A stretch of 64,000 bases of DNA from contig OY776215.1 of NCBI GenBank assembly GCA_963675495.1, positions 384,001-448,000 on the forward strand, read 5' to 3'. Below, piece after piece: positions 41,875 to 53,676 of the stretch. Source of the stretch: an uncultured Methanolobus sp. (GTDB taxonomy: Archaea > Halobacteriota > Methanosarcinia > Methanosarcinales > Methanosarcinaceae). The position numbers and the translations under genes were made by a program. A model generated the notes under the pieces. It was given only the letters and a program-made list of their open reading frames with translations, did no database searches and was not told the DNA's origin. Position 1 is the first letter of the stretch, and every line of letters starts with the position of its first letter.

Positions 41875-42609
41875 TTACCTTTGCTTGAAATGATCAGAGA
41901 GATAGTTGAAAACATCTCCAAGCTCATCGTACTTAAGATATGCATATCCATCCAGAGGTGTTGGCATGTTGTTGATTATCACAAGTTTCCCCCCAGATTT
42001 CAATGAACATACTGGAAGACTGGCTGCTGGCTGCACTACAAGTGACGAACCAATGACCACAAACAGATCGGCTTTGGAACTGGCTTCAATCGCTTTTGTA
42101 AATATATCCTGGTCAAGCATTTCCCCGAAAAATGTTATATCCGGCTTGATCAGACCGGCACATTCACTACAATGGGGAACTTCATCTTTTTCTAATTTCT
42201 CGCAAACTTCATCATAAGAATAATTCCTGTTGCATGCAAGGCACCTGTGATTTGCAGGTGAACCATGAACCTCTAAAACATTAACAGAACCTGCTTTCTG
42301 GTGAAGCAGATCGATATTCTGAGTAATAACAGCCTTAACATATCCTTCTTTTTCCAGAGAAGCTAATGTATCATGAATTATGTTTGGCTCCTTAGTACCA
42401 AGATTGTAGATGAAGTCTTTTGCGTGTGTGTAAAAATAAGCAGGTTCATTACGGAAAAATTTAAGGTCGAATATCTTATTTGCATCATATTTTGCGTACA
42501 GACCAGTACTGCCCCTGAAATCCGGAATACCGGAAAAAGTTGAAATGCCAGCTCCACTCAAAAAAACACAGTTCTTGGAGCTTTCCAGCAGTTCAGCCAA
42601 TCTATGCAT
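41875..42609 (-). CDS. cobB: NAD-dependent protein deacylase (sirtuin)
   Basis: GAGIST.SGIPDFR, TQNID, HGS, CxxC pairs, GSSLVVQPA. Confidence 0.93.
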   Translation of the reverse strand: MHRLAELLESSKNCVFLSGAGISTFSGIPDFRGSTGLYAKYDANKIFDLKFFRNEPAYFYTHAKDFIYNLGTKEPNIIHDTLASLEKEGYVKAVITQNIDLLHQKAGSVNVLEVHGSPANHRCLACNRNYSYDEVCEKLEKDEVPHCSECAGLIKPDITFFGEMLDQDIFTKAIEASSKADLFVVIGSSLVVQPAASLPVCSLKSGGKLVIINNMPTPLDGYAYLKYDELGDVFNYLSDHFKQR

Positions 42610-42883
42610 AATTATATTTTACACTTCTGGATTATATAGTCCTTTTTCTTTAAGTGAAAAGGCACGCTGTTGTAAAATTTAGAATAAAAAGATAACGGCA
42701 GAAGTACAAGGAAATATCAAAAAAAGTCGTTGCTATATATAAATAATTTATAATGATTAAATGAGAACAAATCATATCAGTTCAAATTAACTAACTTTAT
42801 ATACTAAAAGAAAAAAGAATGTTATAAAATAGTTAGAATGTTGGAGCTGCATTTGTATTTAAACATTTGATGATTGTGATAAA

Positions 42884-45673
42884 ATGAACAACAAAGTTCA
42901 AAACAGAATATTGTTGATGTCTATTTTTATGTTAACTAGCATACTGCTGTTCCATATATACATAGTCGAAACAGAAAATAAAATTGCATGGTTCGCCTTC
43001 CTTTCACTACTGATTTGTTCTTTTATAGTTCACAACATGAAAGTAAAAGGGTTAGAACGGAAACTCGAAATAGAGACACGAAAAAACAAAGATTCTCATG
43101 AAGTACTTGTAAGTAAATACAGGATTGAAAGCACGTTATCACAAATATCTTCCATGCTTGCTTTTTCAGATAACCTTGACGGGAAGATAGAAGAATCACT
43201 TTCACTGCTTGGAGAATTATGCAATGCAGACCGTGCCTACGTATTCAAACAACAGCTAAACTCTGAATTTATTGATAACACACATGAATGGTGCGCCAGC
43301 GGAGTAAAACCACAAAAAGACATACTTCAGAATCTTTCGGTGTCATTGTACTTGTGGTGGATGACTAAACTCAGCAATGGTGAAGCGATCCATATCAGTG
43401 ACTTGAATGAGCTTCCACCTGAAGCAAAAGCTGAAAGAACACTACTTGAAGAACAGGACATTAAATCACTTATTGTTTTGCCTTTTAAAATTGAAGGTGA
43501 ACTTGCAGGTTTTATTGGTTTTGATAATGTAAAGGAATCAGGGGAATGGGACAAAAAAGATATTGATACACTTAAAACATTTACAAATATATTAGGAATT
43601 GCCCTTCAAAAAAGAGCTGTATCTGAAGATCTTTGTCTGGAAAGAAAACAATTACTATCAGTTTTTGACAGTATCGAAGATTCGATCTATGTTTCTGACC
43701 CATTCACTCATGAAATACTCTATGTCAATAAATTCCTGAATGAAATACTTGATGAAAAGCCGGTTGGTAAGAAGTGTTATAAAATACTTCAGGGACTTGA
43801 AAAGCCATGTGATTTCTGCACAAACCCGATAATACTTGAAAATAAGAACAAGTCACATCAATGGGAATATCAGAACCCCCTTACGTGCAGAGATTACATC
43901 ATTTTTGACAGAATCATTAAATGGCCGGACGGACGTGATGTACGTTTGGAACTGGCCCACGACATCACAAAAATAAGAGATGCTGAAAAAGCTCTAAAAG
44001 AAAATGAAGAAAATTTTGAGATAATTATTGATAATTCTCCTTTGCCAATAGCCATAATGGATTCAAATGAATGTTTTAAGTACGCAAATAAAAGACTGAC
44101 AGAAATGCTGGGATATACAATGAAAGACATACCTACCATAAAGATGTGGTGGGAAACTGCGTATCCTGATCCTGAATACCGGAGAACTATTCTTAGCGAT
44201 TGGGAAAAAATTTCCGATAATAAGGAAACCGGTTGGGGTGGTGAATGGGTTGTAACTTGTAAAGATGGAACTGAAAGACAGATTGCGTTCTACTTTACAA
44301 GAACAGACACCAGCACTATTTTTATCCTCAATGACCTTACCAACCTTAAAAAAGCTGAAGAAGCTTTATTAATTGATGAATCATGTCTTGAAACTCTGCA
44401 TGAACTAAGCCAGATGAACATTTTTTCAATTGATAAGATCAAATCTTTCGCACTTGAGGAAGGAATTAAACTAACACAAAGCAAGATGGGTATGGTTGTA
44501 TTTTTTGACGAAAATAATCAAAAATTTACTACAGATACATACCCTGAAGATATATTGTTCCTGAACAACATCAACAAAGAAATATTCGTTTCTTTGCTTG
44601 AAAGTACAGGTTTCTTGCCAATGTTGCTTGAAACGAAAAAACCATTTATATTAAACAGGTCCTCACACGACATTGATTCACCGGAATTTACATTATGTAG
44701 AAAGCTTTCAATTGAGTCTTACCTTACCGTACCAATACTTAATGAAAATGAAGTCGTGGGATTTGCAGCCGTTGCAAATAAGGAAGGGGAATACACAGCT
44801 TCTGATCTCAGACAGTTTGTCCTTATTACTCAGATGATGGGCAGAATGATATTACTCAAAAGGTCAGAAGATGAACTTAAAACATACAATCAGAAACTCA
44901 GGGATATAAATTCTAAACTTAGCAAGGCAAATGATGAACTACATTCCCTCGATGAACTTAAGAGTAATTTTCTTTCGACTATGAGTCATGAGCTCAAGAC
45001 TCCGCTCATTTCCATAATGGGATTCAGTGAACTGGTCACAGATGAAAGCCTGGGTCCACTCAATAAAGAACAAAAGAAAGCAATGAATGTAGTTAACAGT
45101 AATTCCAGACAATTGAAACGTTTGATAGAGTCATTACTTTTCATGAGTGCACTGGAGCCTAAAAATTATATTTACGATTTTAGTAACGTTCCTGTTAAAC
45201 CAATTATAGAGAAGGCACTTTCAGTTATTTCTGTGGAAAACACGGATAAGGACATCATTGTAGAGAACAGGTTACCTGATGAAATGTATCTGGTTAATGG
45301 TGATTCGAACTACCTTAGCGAATTATTCATCCACCTGATAGATAATGCTTTCAAATTCACACCATCGGAAGGGAGAATCTCAATTTACGGCTCAAAGAAG
45401 AAAAGCAACATGCACATTGTTATAGAAGACTCAGGAATAGGAATACCACAAACCAAGGTAATGAAAACCTTTGATAGTTTTTATCAGCTTGACGGCTCCC
45501 TGTCCCGTAAATACGGTGGAGCAGGTATTGGATTGAACATATGTAAAAGAATAGTTGAGGACCATTGTGGAAAATTGTGGATAGAGAGTATGGAAAATGT
45601 GGGAACAAAAGTGCATATCACACTTCCCGTACTAACAAAGGCATCATTACCTAGCCCTTTAGAATCATCATAG
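42884..45673 (+). CDS. Membrane sensor histidine kinase with GAF and PAS domains
   Basis: Two N-terminal TMs, GAF/PAS motifs, MSHELKTPL, DNAFKFT, DSGIG, GAGIGL. Confidence 0.93.
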   Translation: MNNKVQNRILLMSIFMLTSILLFHIYIVETENKIAWFAFLSLLICSFIVHNMKVKGLERKLEIETRKNKDSHEVLVSKYRIESTLSQISSMLAFSDNLDGKIEESLSLLGELCNADRAYVFKQQLNSEFIDNTHEWCASGVKPQKDILQNLSVSLYLWWMTKLSNGEAIHISDLNELPPEAKAERTLLEEQDIKSLIVLPFKIEGELAGFIGFDNVKESGEWDKKDIDTLKTFTNILGIALQKRAVSEDLCLERKQLLSVFDSIEDSIYVSDPFTHEILYVNKFLNEILDEKPVGKKCYKILQGLEKPCDFCTNPIILENKNKSHQWEYQNPLTCRDYIIFDRIIKWPDGRDVRLELAHDITKIRDAEKALKENEENFEIIIDNSPLPIAIMDSNECFKYANKRLTEMLGYTMKDIPTIKMWWETAYPDPEYRRTILSDWEKISDNKETGWGGEWVVTCKDGTERQIAFYFTRTDTSTIFILNDLTNLKKAEEALLIDESCLETLHELSQMNIFSIDKIKSFALEEGIKLTQSKMGMVVFFDENNQKFTTDTYPEDILFLNNINKEIFVSLLESTGFLPMLLETKKPFILNRSSHDIDSPEFTLCRKLSIESYLTVPILNENEVVGFAAVANKEGEYTASDLRQFVLITQMMGRMILLKRSEDELKTYNQKLRDINSKLSKANDELHSLDELKSNFLSTMSHELKTPLISIMGFSELVTDESLGPLNKEQKKAMNVVNSNSRQLKRLIESLLFMSALEPKNYIYDFSNVPVKPIIEKALSVISVENTDKDIIVENRLPDEMYLVNGDSNYLSELFIHLIDNAFKFTPSEGRISIYGSKKKSNMHIVIEDSGIGIPQTKVMKTFDSFYQLDGSLSRKYGGAGIGLNICKRIVEDHCGKLWIESMENVGTKVHITLPVLTKASLPSPLESS

Positions 45674-47585
45674 GATTTCCTATACCCACAATAATTACCT
45701 TTGTCTCCAGAGGAGGATGGGACCAGTTTTCAGGTGAAACGGTCTTTTTGGAAACCGTGATCTTTGTATCTTCTTTTAGTATACCACACCGCATCTCGTA
45801 ATCCAGCACAAGTTCAGTTCCAATTTTGGTTGCAAACTCAACTGCATCAGCGTATCTCTGGAAACGTTCCCTGCCAACCGGAGAGAAAAGCAGGAAATCC
45901 TCGTCCGGATTCTCAATGGAAGCCGGCATAATAGATATCTCGATTCTCTTCACGCCTTTACCTGCAAGAGCACCAACCGCATTCCCAACATCTGCAAACT
46001 CAGGAACCGCCACATCTGCTTCGATGAGGGATCTAAGTTCACTGTCGTATGCCTGCGCAGGACCTCCCAGCAATACTACTGGTAACTCTACCTTGAATTT
46101 TGCAGGATATTCATGACTCAGCAGGTCTGCTATCATTTCATCCGGGTGGTGTGGCAGTATATAAGACATAAGATCAGCTGCTATGTTCTTCGCTACAAAT
46201 TGCCTCACATAGGTACAGAAATCATATTTACCCTTCTGAACATATCTTGAGAGATTAAGTGCCCCGATCTCCGCAGCATTCACATCCCATTTAGTGTATA
46301 TACCAAGAACATGCAGTGCATCGGTCGGGGTGAAACCAATTCCCTGTATAAGACGCTTTTTTACAAGTGAATCGAGTACTTTTGTGGAAGTGTTCCTGTT
46401 CATTACATCTGACATCTCAAGTGCTGAAACAGGCTCTGATCCCATAAGGTCGAGCACTGTTTTTTCATTATCATCAATATCAGAAGCTTCGTAGCCGGTC
46501 CTAACAAAGAATTTGGTAGGCTGGAAATTCTCATCCATGATGCTTCTTGAAATAATCCTGCTCCTTTTGAGTTTGTTAACAAGATCAGGATATGTCTTTG
46601 ATGCAACACAAAGTGGAATCACTCTTCGGGGACCAATTTGCACCCTCTCACCCGTGACCCAGATATGACTATCTCCCCCGGTTGCAGATGTTTCCATTTT
46701 CATAGCCCTGACACGGGTCTTCCAGCCTCCGACAACAGCTCCTGATGTACTTATTTCAGGTACGCCATTGTACAGCATGGAAACATCGGTACTGGTTCCA
46801 CCGATATCAATTACTGCACATGTGTCCATCTTTGAGAGATAAGAGGCGCCAAGAAGACTTGCAGCCGGCCCGGAGAAAATAGTTTCTATCGGTCGTTCCA
46901 GAGCATCTTCGATATTATAAACAGAACCATCACACTTAAGCATCAGAAGGCGGGCATTGATACCTCGTGTACGGATATCCCTTATAACCGAATTAACGAA
47001 CTGGTATGTGATAGGTATCAACTGCGCATTCAGTACAGCAGTCACAGCTCGCTCATAAGCACCCAGTTCCTGGGAGAGTTCATATCCACAAACAACCGGC
47101 ATTCCTGTCATTTTTGTGATGAGCTCTTTTACCTTTATCTCATGTTCAGGATTACGAACACCGAAATAAGCTGAAACGGCATATGCTGAAACCTTTGTCT
47201 TTGTATTGAGAATAAATTCCTCTATCAAAGGAAGATCGAGTTCACAGGCTTCATCACCTCTGGTGTCATGACCACCTGAAGCACATAGAATATGCTGCGA
47301 GGGAAATTCTGTTTGTGCTGGCTCCTCTCCTACGATTATAAGGCCAACGTTTGTTCCCGTACCTTCAAGAAGAGAATTGGTTGAAAGAGTGGTCGAAACG
47401 GATACCAGATTCACATCCTTAAGAAGTACCTGGTCAAGTGAATCAAGAACGTTCTTTATACCTTTCTGCAGATCAGGATACGTTGTGAAAGCCTTTTTTG
47501 AATCCACAATAGCTCCATCTGAACCTCTGACAAGTACTGCATCCGTATAAGTTCCACCAGCATCGATACCAAGTCCAAAGTGCAC
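45651..47585 (-). CDS. Hydantoinase/oxoprolinase family protein
   Basis: GIDAGGTYTD, SGPAAS, DIGGTSTD, TPTDA. Confidence 0.88.
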   Translation of the reverse strand: MHFGLGIDAGGTYTDAVLVRGSDGAIVDSKKAFTTYPDLQKGIKNVLDSLDQVLLKDVNLVSVSTTLSTNSLLEGTGTNVGLIIVGEEPAQTEFPSQHILCASGGHDTRGDEACELDLPLIEEFILNTKTKVSAYAVSAYFGVRNPEHEIKVKELITKMTGMPVVCGYELSQELGAYERAVTAVLNAQLIPITYQFVNSVIRDIRTRGINARLLMLKCDGSVYNIEDALERPIETIFSGPAASLLGASYLSKMDTCAVIDIGGTSTDVSMLYNGVPEISTSGAVVGGWKTRVRAMKMETSATGGDSHIWVTGERVQIGPRRVIPLCVASKTYPDLVNKLKRSRIISRSIMDENFQPTKFFVRTGYEASDIDDNEKTVLDLMGSEPVSALEMSDVMNRNTSTKVLDSLVKKRLIQGIGFTPTDALHVLGIYTKWDVNAAEIGALNLSRYVQKGKYDFCTYVRQFVAKNIAADLMSYILPHHPDEMIADLLSHEYPAKFKVELPVVLLGGPAQAYDSELRSLIEADVAVPEFADVGNAVGALAGKGVKRIEISIMPASIENPDEDFLLFSPVGRERFQRYADAVEFATKIGTELVLDYEMRCGILKEDTKITVSKKTVSPENWSHPPLETKVIIVGIGNPMMILKG

Positions 47586-47707
47586 TAATGATCACCTGTT
47601 TTAACATAAATTGAATTGCTTTTTTATACAATGCTCCTGTAATATTTAAGTATAATTGTTTCAATAAATTTTTAAATACATTTTACATTTTATTAACTTG
47701 GAGAGGG

Positions 47708-48010
47708 ATGAAAATGCGGGTCACGAATGTGGAGAAAGTTCTTCCATGCATAGCAGATCCATGGAAACTGAGAATCATAGCACATCTTGATGAAAGTCCA
47801 GACCTTCCTTTGATAGCAAAATATCTTGATGGTAAATATTCAGAGAATCTGGGTATGGTAGTAGTAAAAAACGGCATTAGAGAAATGAATTTTTTCCAAA
47901 ATGGGTAGGTCACAGTTAGAATGGTCGATTCTGAAGATGAGGCTATTGATTTTGTAAATGGAAGCCTGACAATGGCTTATCACAAAGCAATGCTTTCTGA
48001 GGACTTTTAG
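47708..48010 (+). CDS. Small conserved protein (LPCIADP family) with in-frame TAG at 47906
   Basis: The frame continues after TAG as VTVRMVDSEDEAIDFVNG...EDF*; either pyrrolysine read-through or a pseudogene. Confidence 0.6.
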
Positions 48011-48148
48011 ACAAAATTTTTTCCATAAACATCTTGCAACATGCACCTATTCCGTGCCATGGCCCTCTCCAGCCTGAAAGTATCCCTGCACAGCTATATA
48101 AAGAAGTAGGAACAAATTTCAAAGGTATAAATAGGGGGGAGCAAGGTC

Positions 48149-48268
48149 ATGATAGCTAAATACTCTTTGTTAAGAGAGACCTGCAGGATAACCATGAAAC
48201 GATCAATCACGGATAATCATAACCTGCAGAAGAGTATCGATGAGATAATCAACGCCAGCCTGGAGTGA
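48149..48268 (+). pseudogene. 3' remnant of a CbbQ/NorQ-type AAA+ ATPase
   Basis: My translation RETCRITMKRSITDNHNLQKSIDEIINASLE* resembles the CbbQ/NorQ C-terminal domain; directly upstream of the VWA partner gene. Confidence 0.6.
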
Positions 48269-48277
48269 AAAGAAATC

Positions 48278-50623
48278 TTGTCAAGAAATACCTCAAAACA
48301 TACAGATCTCACAGAAGAAGAAAAAGAACTGATCAAACTTATAGAATCCCGGTTCTCTGGAAGCACTTATCACCTGAATTTCCTCAGTGTTCTGAAAAAG
48401 AGCAGCTCATTATATCATGGTGAACTTCTCAGAACTGCCCGTATGTTGCTTGATAAAGACCAGATGCTTGCAGAAGTTTTCTTTAAGAACTTTCCAGATG
48501 CAGCAGAGAATACCGAGCCTGAAGAGATAAGAAAATGGGTCGGTATAGGAATAAAGATATTTGCTCAGGATAAGGATCTGGCAATTGACTATTTTTCCTA
48601 TTCATCTCCACTCTTAAAGGATCTGGATGTCAGCGAACTGGAAGAGTGGGCTCTGAATGGAATATGTGTCTTTGAAGAGAATCCATCCCTTGGAAGAAAC
48701 TATTTTTCCCTGAGATCTAAAGACTCAAAGGATTTCATTGAAGGACTTATCGGGTCTGCAGCACTCAGTGAGATCGTAAACATCCTCAGGTACTATGCAC
48801 TTGGATTGTCAGGTGTCAATTTTAACATCCTTTCCCGAAGGATGTTGCAGACAGAGGAAGAAAACAATACTATAAATCCTGTGATCGGAGGCAAGACAAT
48901 TTACCTTGCACCCAAAATCAATAAATGCGCAGATTTTGAAGATAACTTCAAGATATACAAACTGAGCATAATGCATGAAGTTGGTCATGCAAAGTTCAGT
49001 TCTCACAAAATAAAACTCGAGGAAGCAGCAGGACTGATGGCAGATATCAGAAGAAGATACACGACCATAAAGAAAAGAACATCTCTGTCAGGAATGCAAC
49101 CTGAGGGTATCCTTGATATCGCTGATGTCATAGCTCTGTTTCCCAACAAAGTACTGGCAGGAACAATACTCGGTGTTCTGGAAGATGCAAGGGTCGAATA
49201 CAGGATAATAGATAACTACAAAGGTGTTCGTTCGGACCTTGAGAGAATAAGATACCAAATGCTTCTGACAAGATCTGCCCCAAAAGGTAAACTTGAGGAG
49301 TTCATGGAATCACTGTTATGGGTCTCGACAGGACATGAACCTGTTTACAATATCGGAAAGGCGACAAAGAGTCTTCTGGACCAGGCAAGTACTCTGCTAA
49401 ATGATGTTATATTTCAGGAAAGTTCATCTATCCTTGATTCCCTTGATACGACCTTCAGGATATACACCGTGCTTGATGAAAAGCTGGGTCCGTTGAGTCA
49501 AACAGAGTACGAGGTACTGAAAAATCTCGATTACCGTGGAGTGAGTATCGAAGTATATGCCATGAAGGACCCTCTTTCTTCCAGATCGCATGAGGATCTT
49601 ATCAAGAATTTCATTCCCGTAACTGAAGTGGAACTGATAGCAGAGGATGAAAGTCCAAAAGAAGAAAAGGCAAAACTTCAGTCAACCTATGCTACGACCA
49701 AGAACTGGAAGATACTTGGCAGTTACATGTATAACGAATGGGATGCCATGATCAATGACTACAAAGCGGACTGGTGTACGGTCAACGAAGTTGAGCCTTT
49801 TGGCATGTCCAGTGATTACTACAAGAATGCATCAGAACAGTACAGGAACGAGATAGCCCGGATCAAGCAAGTATTCAACAGGATGAAGCCGGAAACATTC
49901 CGCAGGATGAAGGAACAGACTGACGGAACTGAGATTGATATCGATGCCTTCATCGATGCCCTGATACAGAAAAGATGCGGGATAAATCCTGATGAAGGAC
50001 TCTACCTCAGATGGGACAAACATGAAAGAGATGTAGCAACTCTTTTCCTCCTGGATGTCAGTTATTCCACGCATAAAATGGTGAACTATGAGGGAAAGAG
50101 CATACTTGATGTCGAAAAAGACTCACTGATCATTATGACACATGCCCTTGAAAGCATAGGTGACAAGTATGCCATCTATGCATTTTCCGGCCAGTCCAGA
50201 GATGACGTTGAGTACTTTGTCATAAAGGAATTCGATGAGGAACTATCGGAAAACGTTGCACGAAGGATAAGTCTGCTGGAACCGGTATCCAACACAAGGC
50301 TGGGACCTGCCATCCGCCATTCGATCAGGAAACTTGACAAGGTAGATGCAAAAACAAAGATACTGGTACTGCTCTCTGATGGTGAACCCTTTGATACCTC
50401 CCGGGGAGAAAGCGCATACAAAGAAAGGATTGCTGAAGAAGATACAAGAATAGCGATAGGAGAAGGGAATTCCAGAGGAATACATTTCTTCTGCATAACC
50501 GTGGATTCTATTCCCGGTAAATATCTTGATAATATTTTCTCAGGTGTAGGATACACGATAATAGATGATGCCAGTTCCCTTCCGGAAACTCTTCCGGGCT
50601 TGTACAAGAGGATAACTACCTGA
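48278..50623 (+). CDS. CbbO/NorD-type VWA domain protein
   Basis: LEDARVE, YNEWD, DGTEIDID, LLDVSYST, TRLGPAIRH, LSDGEP. Confidence 0.88.
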   Translation: MSRNTSKHTDLTEEEKELIKLIESRFSGSTYHLNFLSVLKKSSSLYHGELLRTARMLLDKDQMLAEVFFKNFPDAAENTEPEEIRKWVGIGIKIFAQDKDLAIDYFSYSSPLLKDLDVSELEEWALNGICVFEENPSLGRNYFSLRSKDSKDFIEGLIGSAALSEIVNILRYYALGLSGVNFNILSRRMLQTEEENNTINPVIGGKTIYLAPKINKCADFEDNFKIYKLSIMHEVGHAKFSSHKIKLEEAAGLMADIRRRYTTIKKRTSLSGMQPEGILDIADVIALFPNKVLAGTILGVLEDARVEYRIIDNYKGVRSDLERIRYQMLLTRSAPKGKLEEFMESLLWVSTGHEPVYNIGKATKSLLDQASTLLNDVIFQESSSILDSLDTTFRIYTVLDEKLGPLSQTEYEVLKNLDYRGVSIEVYAMKDPLSSRSHEDLIKNFIPVTEVELIAEDESPKEEKAKLQSTYATTKNWKILGSYMYNEWDAMINDYKADWCTVNEVEPFGMSSDYYKNASEQYRNEIARIKQVFNRMKPETFRRMKEQTDGTEIDIDAFIDALIQKRCGINPDEGLYLRWDKHERDVATLFLLDVSYSTHKMVNYEGKSILDVEKDSLIIMTHALESIGDKYAIYAFSGQSRDDVEYFVIKEFDEELSENVARRISLLEPVSNTRLGPAIRHSIRKLDKVDAKTKILVLLSDGEPFDTSRGESAYKERIAEEDTRIAIGEGNSRGIHFFCITVDSIPGKYLDNIFSGVGYTIIDDASSLPETLPGLYKRITT

Positions 50624-50963
50624 TTCTTCAGTATACTGGTGCAGTGTTATCTATTAAAACATTACTAATTATTACAATAATAGTTCAAAAACATTTTTGA
50701 CTTGGGTTTTTCAGTTTCGTTTGATGATATTCCTGTAAACTCACCATAATGCTTACGTGACATCAAAGAACCCATTTTATTGCCACCGGAAGGATTGATC
50801 AAAGCGAACAATTTAATAACAGCCGTGTTGTTTTTTATTTCATTAACGTTCATAAGCTTCCTTCCATATTATGCTAAAATACTGCGATAAGGTAAACGTT
50901 ATAACTGAAAATACCATAAGCATTAGAACACGATTTTGACAAGAACAATAAGAGGAATACACA

Positions 50964-51542
50964 ATGTCAGAAAAGAACCTATTAGGTACCAAGATACGCC
51001 AGATACGTGAAATGCAGAAAATGTCTGTGGAAGAGCTGGCAGACAGTAGCAATACAAACAGTGAACTCATCGAACAACTTGAAAATGGCGCTCTTGTTCC
51101 TTCATTAACTCCCCTTATGCAGATCGCAAGGGCTCTTGGCGTTCGTCTGGGCACTTTCCTTGATGATGCTCCCCATAACGAACCTGTGCTTACCAAAAGT
51201 GGTGCTTCAAAAAATATTGTTAAGTTCTCCGGTAACTGCGACACATGTGAAAAAAGCACACTCGACTTCTTTTCACTTGCCAGTGACAAGGCTGACAGAC
51301 ATATGGAACCATTTATGATCGATGTTCATCCTCCTGGAACAGGAAAAGCAAAACAATCTTCACATGAAGGGGAAGAGTTCATTTATGTACTCAGTGGTCA
51401 GATAGAGATCCTTTATGGCAAGAATAGCTTCAAACTCTCAAGCGGCGACAGCATCTATTACGATTCCATAGTTCCTCACCATGTCCATGCAATTGGCAGT
51501 GAAGATGCAAAGATACTTGCAGTAGTATACGCTCCTTACTAA
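50964..51542 (+). CDS. XRE-family regulator with cupin domain
   Basis: N-terminal HTH; [12 protein letters not shown]; GDSIYYDS. Confidence 0.92.
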   Translation: MSEKNLLGTKIRQIREMQKMSVEELADSSNTNSELIEQLENGALVPSLTPLMQIARALGVRLGTFLDDAPHNEPVLTKSGASKNIVKFSGNCDTCEKSTLDFFSLASDKADRHMEPFMIDVHPPGTGKAKQSSHEGEEFIYVLSGQIEILYGKNSFKLSSGDSIYYDSIVPHHVHAIGSEDAKILAVVYAPY

Positions 51543-51556
51543 TCTAAAAGATCAAT

Positions 51557-51973
51557 ATGTTCAAAACAACTGTTACTCCCAGATTCGGTGATATTGACGG
51601 ATTGAAACACGCTAATAATATTGCCATCGCCATATGGTTCGAACAGGCACGTAATCCTGTATTCAGACTGTTCACCCCTGACCTTGACCTGAGCTATGAG
51701 AACTGGAAACTTATCATGGCAAGGACGGAATATAATTACGTAGGCGAAATGTTCTACGGAGCAGATGTCGATATACTCACCTACATATCAAGAATAGGAA
51801 ACTCATCATTCACAGTAACCCAGGAAGCATGGCAAAACGGGAAAATAGGTGCAATAGGCAGATCAACAATCGTTCACTACGATTTTATCAATAAGAGATC
51901 TGTTCCCATACCTGATGATATAAGAAAAGAACTTGAAGAGCACCTGCAGGAAGAAAGTGATAGTTGTAAATGA
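51557..51973 (+). CDS. Acyl-CoA thioesterase (4HBT/hotdog fold)
   Basis: [14 protein letters not shown]...WFEQAR. Confidence 0.88.
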   Translation: MFKTTVTPRFGDIDGLKHANNIAIAIWFEQARNPVFRLFTPDLDLSYENWKLIMARTEYNYVGEMFYGADVDILTYISRIGNSSFTVTQEAWQNGKIGAIGRSTIVHYDFINKRSVPIPDDIRKELEEHLQEESDSCK

Positions 51974-51992
51974 TATCAATGGAGACATAATT

Positions 51993-53639
51993 ATGCCTTT
52001 TACAAATGATACAATTGGTGGATTTTTCGAGAAACAGGTCATGAAGGACCCGAACAGGGAGTTTATGATCTATCCCGACAGGGACCTGAGATTTACCTAT
52101 AAAGAATTCGACGAACGTGTCAACATGCTGGCCAAGGGTCTGCTAGAGCTCGGTATAAGTAAAGAAGATAAAGTTGGCATATGGGCAACAAACGTACCTG
52201 ACTGGCTTACCTTCATGTTCGCAACAGCAAAGATCGGTGCTGTTCTCGTCACAGTCAATACCGCATACAAAAGCCATGAAGTAGAGTATTTAATGAAACA
52301 GGCTGACCTGAAAGCCATTGCTATCATTGACGGTTTCAGGGATGTGAGTTATATTGATACGATCAATGAGCTTGTTCCTGAACTAAAGACACAGAGCCGT
52401 GGAAACCTTAAGAGCGAGAAATTCCCTTGCCTGGAGAGCGTTATTTTTATCGGTCAGGAGAAACACAGGGGAATGTACAGCACCCGTGAGCTATTCCTTC
52501 TGGGAAAACATGGCAACGATGAAGAGATCCATAAGATAATGGAAACACTAGATACACATGATGTAATTAATATGCAGTATACATCAGGAACAACAGGTTT
52601 CCCTAAAGGTGTAATGCTAACCCACTACAACATCCTCAACAACGGATACTACATCGGAGAAAAGCAAAAATTCACTGAAGAGGATAGACTCTGTCTGCCA
52701 GTACCACTTTTCCATTGTTTTGGAATCGTACTCGGTGTACTTGCAACCCTAACCCATGGTGGTACACTTGTAATCATCGAGTTGTTCGACCCGCTCAGGG
52801 TACTGGCTGCTGTCCAGAAAGAAAAATGTACAGCCCTTTACGGTGTGCCGACAATGTTCATTGCGGAGTTCAGCCACCCGATGTTCAAAATGTTCGACCT
52901 TTCATCACTAAGAACAGGTATCATGGCAGGTTCACCATGCCCTATTGAGGCAATGAAACGTGTTATCAATGACATGAACTGCAAGGATATTACCATTGCC
53001 TACGGACTTACAGAAGCATCACCTGTATTCACCCAGACCAGTACGGATGATCCTATAGAAAGACGTGTCAGTACGGTAGGAACTTCCTTACCTGAGATAG
53101 AGGTCAAGATAGTCGATCCGGAAACCGGAGAAACTGTGGGACCGGATGTTCAGGGTGAAATATGCTGCCGTGGTTACAATGTTATGAAAGGATACTACAA
53201 GATGCCTGAAATGACAGAGATTGCAATTGACAAGGAAGGATGGCTGCACAGCGGAGATCTTGCAACTGTTGATGAAGCCGGATACTACCGCATCACCGGT
53301 CGCATAAAGGATATGATAATCCGTGGCGGTGAGAACATCTATCCAAGGGAGATAGAAGAATTCCTTTTCACTGTGCCAGGTGTAAAGAGTGCACAGGTCG
53401 TGGGTATACCTGATGAGAAATACGGTGAGATAGTGGGAGCCTTTGTGGTTCCAGAGGACGGAAAAGAACTCACCGAAGAAGATGTCAGGGATTATAGTCT
53501 TTCAAAGATAGCACGCTACAAGGTTCCAAAACATGTTTTCTTCGTGGAAGATTATCCACTTACTGCAAGCGGAAAAGTCCAGAAGTTCAAACTCAGGGAC
53601 CTGGCAGTTGAGCTACTGAAAAAAGAAAATGAAGAATAA
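51993..53639 (+). CDS. AMP-dependent acyl-CoA synthetase
   Basis: [34 protein letters not shown]. Confidence 0.93.
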   Translation: MPFTNDTIGGFFEKQVMKDPNREFMIYPDRDLRFTYKEFDERVNMLAKGLLELGISKEDKVGIWATNVPDWLTFMFATAKIGAVLVTVNTAYKSHEVEYLMKQADLKAIAIIDGFRDVSYIDTINELVPELKTQSRGNLKSEKFPCLESVIFIGQEKHRGMYSTRELFLLGKHGNDEEIHKIMETLDTHDVINMQYTSGTTGFPKGVMLTHYNILNNGYYIGEKQKFTEEDRLCLPVPLFHCFGIVLGVLATLTHGGTLVIIELFDPLRVLAAVQKEKCTALYGVPTMFIAEFSHPMFKMFDLSSLRTGIMAGSPCPIEAMKRVINDMNCKDITIAYGLTEASPVFTQTSTDDPIERRVSTVGTSLPEIEVKIVDPETGETVGPDVQGEICCRGYNVMKGYYKMPEMTEIAIDKEGWLHSGDLATVDEAGYYRITGRIKDMIIRGGENIYPREIEEFLFTVPGVKSAQVVGIPDEKYGEIVGAFVVPEDGKELTEEDVRDYSLSKIARYKVPKHVFFVEDYPLTASGKVQKFKLRDLAVELLKKENEE

Positions 53640-53676
53640 ATCTTGAAAAATAGACTCAGATGATGTGACTATCACA

